Shown piece after piece: positions 58,179-64,000 of a stretch of 64,000 bases of DNA. This DNA is from Bacilli bacterium. Lineage in GTDB: Bacteria; Bacillota_I; Bacilli_A; RFN20; CAG-826. The notes beneath the pieces are model-generated. The model saw only the letters and a program-made list of their open reading frames with translations. It was not told the DNA's origin and made no database searches. The position numbers and the translations under genes were made by a program. Within the stretch, counting starts at the first letter, position 1. Every line of letters begins with the position of its first letter. The stretch is from positions 62,792-126,791 of the forward strand of contig JALCDB010000002.1 in the NCBI GenBank assembly GCA_022641095.1. The letters run 5' to 3'.

Positions 58179-59039
58179 ATGTCTACAAGTATGGAAAGCG
58201 GCCTTTTATTGCTCGACAAAGAGGCGGGGATGACTTCCCGCGCCGTCGACAACCGATTGCAAAAAGAATTCGGGACGAAGCGGGTGGGGCATTTGGGCAC
58301 CCTCGACCCTTTCGCGACCGGCCTTTTGCTCGTGGGGGTAGGTCGGGGAACCAAGTTCCTGCCCTATATCGACGATTCGAGAAAAAGCTATTTGGCGACT
58401 TTGAAACTGGGCGAGACGACCTCCTCGCTTGACCCCGACACCCCTGTGATCGCTAAGAAGAGCGTCCAGAGTCTCACGAACGGGGATATCGTCGAGGCTT
58501 TTTCTTCTTTTAAGGGGAAAGGCGAGCAGATTCCGCCGATGACGAGCGCCATAAAAGTGAACGGGGAACCGCTCTACAAAGCCGCCCACGAGGGCAAAGT
58601 CGTCGAACGGAAGCCGCGAAGCGTCGAGATTTTCTCGCTGAATCTCATCGAAATGAAAGATAACCTCATCGTCTTTTCGACCACGGTTTCGAGGGGAACC
58701 TACATCCGCGTTTTGGGAAGCGATATCGCCGAGCGGCTTGGCACGGTAGGGTATCTCACGTCTTTGCGGCGCCTTTCTCTCGGGCCTTTTCTCGTCGCCG
58801 ACGCCAAGAAACTCGACGCCATCGGGAAAGAGCCCTTCATCGACGGGACTTTAGCCATCACCACGATGAAACACGTCGAGATCGATGAGGAAGACCTTAA
58901 TCGCGCCAGGAACGGGGCGCCCTTCGACCTCGCCGAGGATTACGGGGCGAAGGTGCTGCTCACGCTCCATGGGGAGGCCATCGCCGTTTATAGGCGCTTC
59001 GCGGATACCCATTACCGGGCCGAAAGGGGGCTTTTCTAG
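58179..59039 (+). CDS. truB: tRNA pseudouridine(55) synthase TruB
   Basis: GLLLLDKEAGMTSRAV…GHLGTLDPFATGLL catalytic Asp motif. An alternative start lies at 58191. Confidence 0.85.
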   Translation: MSTSMESGLLLLDKEAGMTSRAVDNRLQKEFGTKRVGHLGTLDPFATGLLLVGVGRGTKFLPYIDDSRKSYLATLKLGETTSSLDPDTPVIAKKSVQSLTNGDIVEAFSSFKGKGEQIPPMTSAIKVNGEPLYKAAHEGKVVERKPRSVEIFSLNLIEMKDNLIVFSTTVSRGTYIRVLGSDIAERLGTVGYLTSLRRLSLGPFLVADAKKLDAIGKEPFIDGTLAITTMKHVEIDEEDLNRARNGAPFDLAEDYGAKVLLTLHGEAIAVYRRFADTHYRAERGLF

Positions 59040-59929
59040 TGGAACGGATCTATCTCGATTATGGCAGGATTCAGCCCCGCGAGGGCAAGCTCACCCTCCT
59101 TCTAGGCAATTTCGATGGGGTTCATCGCGGGCACAGGCGCCTGATTGAGGAAGGCAAAAAAGCCGCCGAAGGCGATTTGGGGGTCTTGCTTTTCGCCGAG
59201 AATCCGGCCGCTTTCCTGCCAAGCGGGAAAAGCCATGACGTTCTGACGAGCCTTGAGGACAAACTCCGCCTTTTTGAAGCGGAGGGCCTCGACTGCGCCT
59301 TCCTCCTCAAGGTTGACGGCGCTTTCTTCGATCTGTCCCCGGAGGCCTTCCTCGAGCGGGTCCTTAAGCCCCTTCATCCGGAGACTGTGGTCGTGGGCGA
59401 GGATTACACGTTCGGACGCGGGGGCTTGGGCCGCGCGGATCTTCTTTCGAAATCTTTCGCGGTCGCGGAGGTTCCGCTTCTTGATTACCGGGGGGCGAAA
59501 GTCTCCACTCAGCGCATCATCGCCGATTTGGCGAACGGGGACATCGCCTCCGCGAACCGCCAATTGGGGCGCGATTACGAGATCCATGGCACGGTGGGGC
59601 ACGGCTACGAGAACGGGCGCCGGATCGGCTTTCCGACGGCGAACCTTGAGATGAGAACCCCATACGCCCTTCCAAAAGCCGGCGTTTACGGGGGTCTTGT
59701 CTTCCTGCGGGGCCGCCCTTATAGATCCCTGATCAACATCGGGACCAATCCGACCGTAGGGTTATTGACTCGACCGCGGGTCGAGTGCTACCTCAAGGGT
59801 TTCGAAGGCTCGATTTACGGCGAGACGATTTACGTTTCTTTCCATGAGCGGATCCGCGATGAGATAAAATTCGCCTCCTTGAGAGATCTCGAGAGGCAAC
59901 TTAAGAAAGATATCGTCTCGCTTGAATAG
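59039..59929 (+). CDS. ribF: Bifunctional riboflavin kinase / FAD synthetase
   Basis: LLLGNFDGVHRGH (FAD synthetase) and a C-terminal riboflavin kinase region (…GFPTANLE…). GTG start overlapping the truB stop. Confidence 0.85.
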   Translation: MERIYLDYGRIQPREGKLTLLLGNFDGVHRGHRRLIEEGKKAAEGDLGVLLFAENPAAFLPSGKSHDVLTSLEDKLRLFEAEGLDCAFLLKVDGAFFDLSPEAFLERVLKPLHPETVVVGEDYTFGRGGLGRADLLSKSFAVAEVPLLDYRGAKVSTQRIIADLANGDIASANRQLGRDYEIHGTVGHGYENGRRIGFPTANLEMRTPYALPKAGVYGGLVFLRGRPYRSLINIGTNPTVGLLTRPRVECYLKGFEGSIYGETIYVSFHERIRDEIKFASLRDLERQLKKDIVSLE

Positions 59930-60015
59930 AAAGTCAGCCCCTTGATTGCGGGCTTACGGCAGGCATGGCGGCCGATGTTAGGAAAACGCGCCAATAAATG
60001 GTAATATAAAAAATT

Positions 60016-61290
60016 ATGAAAACATTGTTCACTGGCGCGAAGATCCTCACGATGAAGGACGGGGAAGGCGTATTCGACGGCGAGCTTCTCGTCGATGGGG
60101 AAAGGATTTCCTACGTGGGAAGAGGGGCCCCGCGCGAAAATATCGACAAGACGATCGATTGCCGGGGGAACCTTCTGATGCCGGGCTTTAAGAACGCCCA
60201 CACCCACAGCGCGATGAGCTTCGCCCGCTCGCTAGCCGACGATTTGGCCCTTCACGACTGGCTCTTCGAGCGCATTTTCCCGCTTGAGGGGAAACTCCGG
60301 CCCGATGACCAGTATCACCTTAACAAAGTTTCGATCCTCGAATACCTCACGAGCGGGATGACCGCCTGCTTCGACATGTATTACAACCCCGACGAGATGG
60401 CGCGGGCGGCTCAGGAGATGGGCTTTCGGACGGTCCTTCTCGGCACAGTCACCAAGGATCGCGAGTCGGTCGAGGAAATGAAAGCCTCTTACCGCCGCAT
60501 CAACGGCCGCTGCCCCCTCGTCAGCTATCGCCTTGGCTATCATGCCGAATACACGTGCACGGAGGGGATTCTGCGGGCCCTTTCGGAGGCTAGCCACGAG
60601 CTTAAATGCCCGGTTTTCACCCATATCAGCGAAACCGCGAGCGAGGTCGAGGGATGCAAAAGGCGCCATGGCGGTCTCAGCCCCGCCGAGTATATGGAAA
60701 GCCTCGGGCTTCTCGATTATGGGGGCGGCGGTTTCCATTGCGTCCATTTCAGCGACAAGGACATCGGCATCTTCAAAAAGCACGCCGCGAGCGCCATCAC
60801 TTGCCCCGGCAGCAACAGCAAACTCTCCTCCGGGATCGCCCCCTTGACGAAATTCGTCGACGCGGGGCTTAATCTCGGCATGGGAACCGATGGCCCGGCG
60901 AGCGACAACGGACTCGACATGTTCTACGAGATGCGCTTGGCTTGCGTGCTTCAGAAACTGCTTCGGAAGGATCCCTCCGCCTTCGATGCCTGGACGTCGC
61001 TAAAGGCCGCGACCGTCGGGAGCGCCAAAGCCATGGGGCTCACCGATTGCCTCTATCTTGAGGCGGGCCAAAAAGCCGATCTCATCATGATCGACCTCAT
61101 GAAGCCGAACATGCAGCCGATCAACAACATCGCCAAGAACGTGGTCTATGCCGGCGCCAAGGATGACGTCAAGATGACCATGATCGACGGCATAATCCGC
61201 TATATGGATGGAACTTTCCACGTCGGCGAGGACATAAAGGGCATCTATAGGGAAGCCCAGGGGATCACCGATCGCCTGAAAGCGGCGTAG
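60016..61290 (+). CDS. Amidohydrolase-family deaminase (MtaD / 5-methylthioadenosine–S-adenosylhomocysteine deaminase-like)
   Basis: LMPGFKNAHTHSAMS metal-binding HxH and …HISE…, …GTDG… amidohydrolase motifs. Confidence 0.65.
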   Translation: MKTLFTGAKILTMKDGEGVFDGELLVDGERISYVGRGAPRENIDKTIDCRGNLLMPGFKNAHTHSAMSFARSLADDLALHDWLFERIFPLEGKLRPDDQYHLNKVSILEYLTSGMTACFDMYYNPDEMARAAQEMGFRTVLLGTVTKDRESVEEMKASYRRINGRCPLVSYRLGYHAEYTCTEGILRALSEASHELKCPVFTHISETASEVEGCKRRHGGLSPAEYMESLGLLDYGGGGFHCVHFSDKDIGIFKKHAASAITCPGSNSKLSSGIAPLTKFVDAGLNLGMGTDGPASDNGLDMFYEMRLACVLQKLLRKDPSAFDAWTSLKAATVGSAKAMGLTDCLYLEAGQKADLIMIDLMKPNMQPINNIAKNVVYAGAKDDVKMTMIDGIIRYMDGTFHVGEDIKGIYREAQGITDRLKAA

Positions 61291-61503
61291 CCGTTGGGCG
61301 TCTTAGTTTTCTTTTCGGGCGGCCTTTTGCCCTCGAAAAAAAGCGATTTCATGCGCTTCGGCCAAGACCGATCGGTTTACGAAACCCTTTTCCTGCCTTA
61401 TTAAGTTAATTTAAGGTTACCGCCCGTTGACTTTTCGCGTTCGCGTCCCTAAAATCAAAAATAATGAATAGCGGTAAGCGCTTACTGCAACTAGGGGGAA
61501 TTT

Positions 61504-62784
61504 ATGAAAAAACTCAAATTGCTATGTTTGGCCGGGAGCCTTTCGCTCGCGGTGGCCGGGGCGGGGGCCATCGGGGCGGCTTTCTCCGCCAAGAAGGCGG
61601 CGGAGCCCGTCAAAGCGGGCGCGACGGCCCAAACGTTCTCATGCAAGGTCATGAAGAACGAGGCGATCGCCTCTTTGCCCACGACGATGTACGCCTACGC
61701 TTGGAACGCGGGGACCGATCCCGTCGAATCTCTCACGAGTCAGATGTATCGTAGCGAGGATAGCACCAGCGATTTCGCGCTGTTCGACGTGAGTTTGCCG
61801 GTCGCATACGATTCCGTCCTCTTCAAAACGGAGCAAGGGTGGTTGGGGACCCAGACGGTCGATCTCAGCGCGACCTACAAAACGGCGGTGGAAAGCGCCG
61901 GATATTCGACGATGTTCGTCGTCAGCGCGTTTAATGGCGATCATAAATGGACCGGCGATTGGGAGGTTTCCAGCCCCGAGCCCACTTTCACGAGTTCCTA
62001 TTTGCGGATGTGGCTCGATCCCACCGCGGTGTCCGCCTACTCCTATGGGCATGCCTGGACGATTCACTATTGGAAAGACGACGGGACCGTCGATGCCGAG
62101 ATTCCGCTCGATAGTTGGATCAACATCGCCGCCTCGGGGGACCGTTACGTCGTCTACGCCGATGTCCCGACCGCGATCGTCGGCTGCTTCTATCAGATTA
62201 AGATTTATAACGATATCGGCACATACGCCGATGCGGCGACCAACAAAGACGATTTGGGCGCCGATCAGGTTTACGCGACGGGGGATAACGCGGAACTCTA
62301 TTATCTCAGCGGATCCGCCGGCTCGCTCGTTTTGTCCAAAGGCATCGCCGCCAAGGACAGCGCCGAACAAACGATCGCGGTGGCCGCTTTGGAGCAAGTC
62401 ATGACCGGTTACTTCTCCTGCGCCGCCAGCGCCGATAACGGCTATGGCAATTTCAGGACCCTTGTCACCACATGGATCCATAATTTCGAAGATCCGCAAA
62501 AATGGTGGATTTCCGGCGACATGACGAGCGTCACCATGAACGACTTCTCCGGAAGCGGCACCGATCTTTATGGTAGCGGCCTTCCGCGCGAGACCACGGT
62601 CACGGTCCAAGCGAAATATGATGAGATGTCGTCGCTTTACGCCAACGCCAACCCCGAGTCCTCGGTTTTCCTCAACGCGACCGAAAGGAGCGCCGTCGTT
62701 CTTCCGACGGTCCTCGTCGCCGGAGGGGCTCTTCTCGTCGGTCTCTTCTTCCTCTTGCGGAAGCGGAAGGCCAACCTCGCCTAA
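61504..62784 (+). CDS. Secreted, C-terminally membrane-anchored surface protein
   Basis: Signal peptide MKKLKLLCLAGSLSLAVAGAGA; C-terminal hydrophobic helix plus LRKRKANLA. Confidence 0.5.
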   Translation: MKKLKLLCLAGSLSLAVAGAGAIGAAFSAKKAAEPVKAGATAQTFSCKVMKNEAIASLPTTMYAYAWNAGTDPVESLTSQMYRSEDSTSDFALFDVSLPVAYDSVLFKTEQGWLGTQTVDLSATYKTAVESAGYSTMFVVSAFNGDHKWTGDWEVSSPEPTFTSSYLRMWLDPTAVSAYSYGHAWTIHYWKDDGTVDAEIPLDSWINIAASGDRYVVYADVPTAIVGCFYQIKIYNDIGTYADAATNKDDLGADQVYATGDNAELYYLSGSAGSLVLSKGIAAKDSAEQTIAVAALEQVMTGYFSCAASADNGYGNFRTLVTTWIHNFEDPQKWWISGDMTSVTMNDFSGSGTDLYGSGLPRETTVTVQAKYDEMSSLYANANPESSVFLNATERSAVVLPTVLVAGGALLVGLFFLLRKRKANLA

Positions 62785-62955
62785 ATACCGCGAATCGAGA
62801 TTTTGATCAGGAAGGAAGGCCGGGCGGAACCGGCTTTCTTTTTTTCCCGTTTTCGAATATTCTCCATTTGTGGGTTTGGGAGAGAATATAATAAGGCATC
62901 GGAAGATTTCGTCGATCGATCGCCTGCCTTTTCGGAAGCCGAAGGAGGAACCCTC

Positions 62956-64000
62956 ATGAAAACATGCCCCGAGTGTGGCCGCCGTTTCCCAGACGGGGTC
63001 GTGACTTGTCCCGATTGCGGGACAAAATTAAGCGACGAACCATTCGATCCCGAACGGGGCTTCCGAAAGAAGAAACCGCTTGCGATCGTCATGGTCCTCT
63101 TGATTTTGGCCTTGGCTGGGCTTTTTGCCTATCTTGCCTATTTCGATGCGGCGCTCTTGTCCCTCGGCAATCCGTTTTTCGTGGGGGCCACCCTCGCTTT
63201 TCTCGTTCTTTTCCTTCTTCTTCCCCGCGCCCGCGATGAGAAGCCCTTGGGTTTGGCGACCCTTGGCGTTCTGACTATCGCCATCGCCTTCATCGTTTAC
63301 GGCCTCGTTCTCGACTACGAGGTTCAGATCGCGATCATGGTCGCTTACTTTCGCTCCTTGTTCTCGGGAGGGGTTTTCTCCATCGTCGAGTTCCTTGGTA
63401 ACTCCCTTCCGTTTTTCTACCTTTTGGGCCTTCTTTTCGCCTTCATCGCTTTTGGGGCGGTGGCAAAAGGCCTCGCCCAAATCAAGGGATCGCTTCCTCC
63501 GTGTCCGCCTGAGGTTTGCTTAGCGAAGGAAACCGAATCGGCCTCGGAAGCGGAGGCCACGATCGAAACCGCCGCGGCCGTTGTCACGCCCCCAACGGGG
63601 GTCGAGGAAGCCCCAAAACGGAAAGCGCGGGCTGCCATCGTTCTTTACTCGTTGGCTCTTTTTCTCCTCGCTTGCGGGTTCGCCTATGGCTATTTCCTTT
63701 TCTTCACGGGCCGCGACCGCAGCCTCTTCCTTCTGCTATCGCTCCTTCCTTTTCCGACCATGGCTTTGGCTTTCGCCTTCCTTTTCCCCTCGAGATCCGG
63801 CAAAAAGGCTTTTCGCGTCCTTGGCGGCGCCTTTGGGTTCATCTCCGCCGTTTTCGCTTTGGCGGTGGCTGGCCTTTTCGCATATGAGGCCTATCTTCGT
63901 CGCCCTGCTTCCTGGTCCTCTTTTCCTTCGTTTTCCCCTTATATCGGCCTTGGGCTTTTCCTTCTCGGGGGCTTGGCGGTTTTGATCGGCGCTTTCCCCG
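62956..64000 (+). CDS. Zinc-ribbon + multi-pass membrane protein (partial; 3' end outside the window)
   Basis: GAAGGAGG RBS. MKTCPECGRRFPDGVVTCPDCG zinc ribbon followed by ≥8 hydrophobic helices. The frame stays open to the window end and is absent from the ORF track because no stop falls inside the window. Confidence 0.5.
   Translation, partial: MKTCPECGRRFPDGVVTCPDCGTKLSDEPFDPERGFRKKKPLAIVMVLLILALAGLFAYLAYFDAALLSLGNPFFVGATLAFLVLFLLLPRARDEKPLGLATLGVLTIAIAFIVYGLVLDYEVQIAIMVAYFRSLFSGGVFSIVEFLGNSLPFFYLLGLLFAFIAFGAVAKGLAQIKGSLPPCPPEVCLAKETESASEAEATIETAAAVVTPPTGVEEAPKRKARAAIVLYSLALFLLACGFAYGYFLFFTGRDRSLFLLLSLLPFPTMALAFAFLFPSRSGKKAFRVLGGAFGFISAVFALAVAGLFAYEAYLRRPASWSSFPSFSPYIGLGLFLLGGLAVLIGAFP

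Overview
Three sectors, roughly 52% GC overall.

(A) Positions 1–~43,650 look horizontally acquired and are almost entirely plus-strand. The window opens inside the 3' end of a Tet(W)-like ribosomal-protection tetracycline-resistance gene. A tightly packed nine-gene defence-type block follows (992–10,784): an XRE-family helix-turn-helix (HTH) regulator, two adjacent gamma-class N6-adenine methyltransferase (MTase)-fold genes, an 1112-aa T5orf172/GIY-YIG-like + SNF2/SF2 helicase + C-terminal HTH protein, a stand-alone T5orf172 protein, and a three-gene cassette ending in an SMC/Rad50-like ABC ATPase (Lamassu-like).

A ~32 kb siphovirus-like prophage follows (11,119–43,650). It encodes a sigma-like regulator, a replication module (Cas4-like DUF2800 nuclease, DUF2815, family-A DNA polymerase (PolA), primase, VRR-NUC, SNF2 helicase), an ArpU-like regulator, a ParB–MTase fusion, a MetK-like protein, an HNH endonuclease, small and large terminase subunits, a BspA-type leucine-rich-repeat (LRR) protein, portal, prohead protease, major capsid, a tail module with tape measure protein, holin-like genes, and two tandem large serine recombinases followed by 31-bp tandem direct repeats.

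(B) ~43,650–48,600 holds a GC-rich orphan fragment, then an AT-rich islet with a dGTPase-like HD hydrolase and an ABC exporter.

(C) ~48,600–64,000 is high-GC (~60%) host chromosome: nitroreductase(-), degV, a metallophosphoesterase lipoprotein, a membrane protein, rimP–nusA–L7Ae–infB–rbfA, a minus-strand PP-loop ATPase, truB–ribF, an MtaD-like amidohydrolase, a surface-anchored protein and a partial zinc-ribbon membrane protein. The host looks like a high-GC Firmicute, possibly a gut Clostridia such as Oscillospiraceae (inference only).

No rRNA, tRNA or CRISPR was found. The best candidates for an undescribed system are the MTase-pair + T5orf172–helicase module and the three-gene SMC-like cassette between tet(W) and the prophage, which may together form one composite operon.
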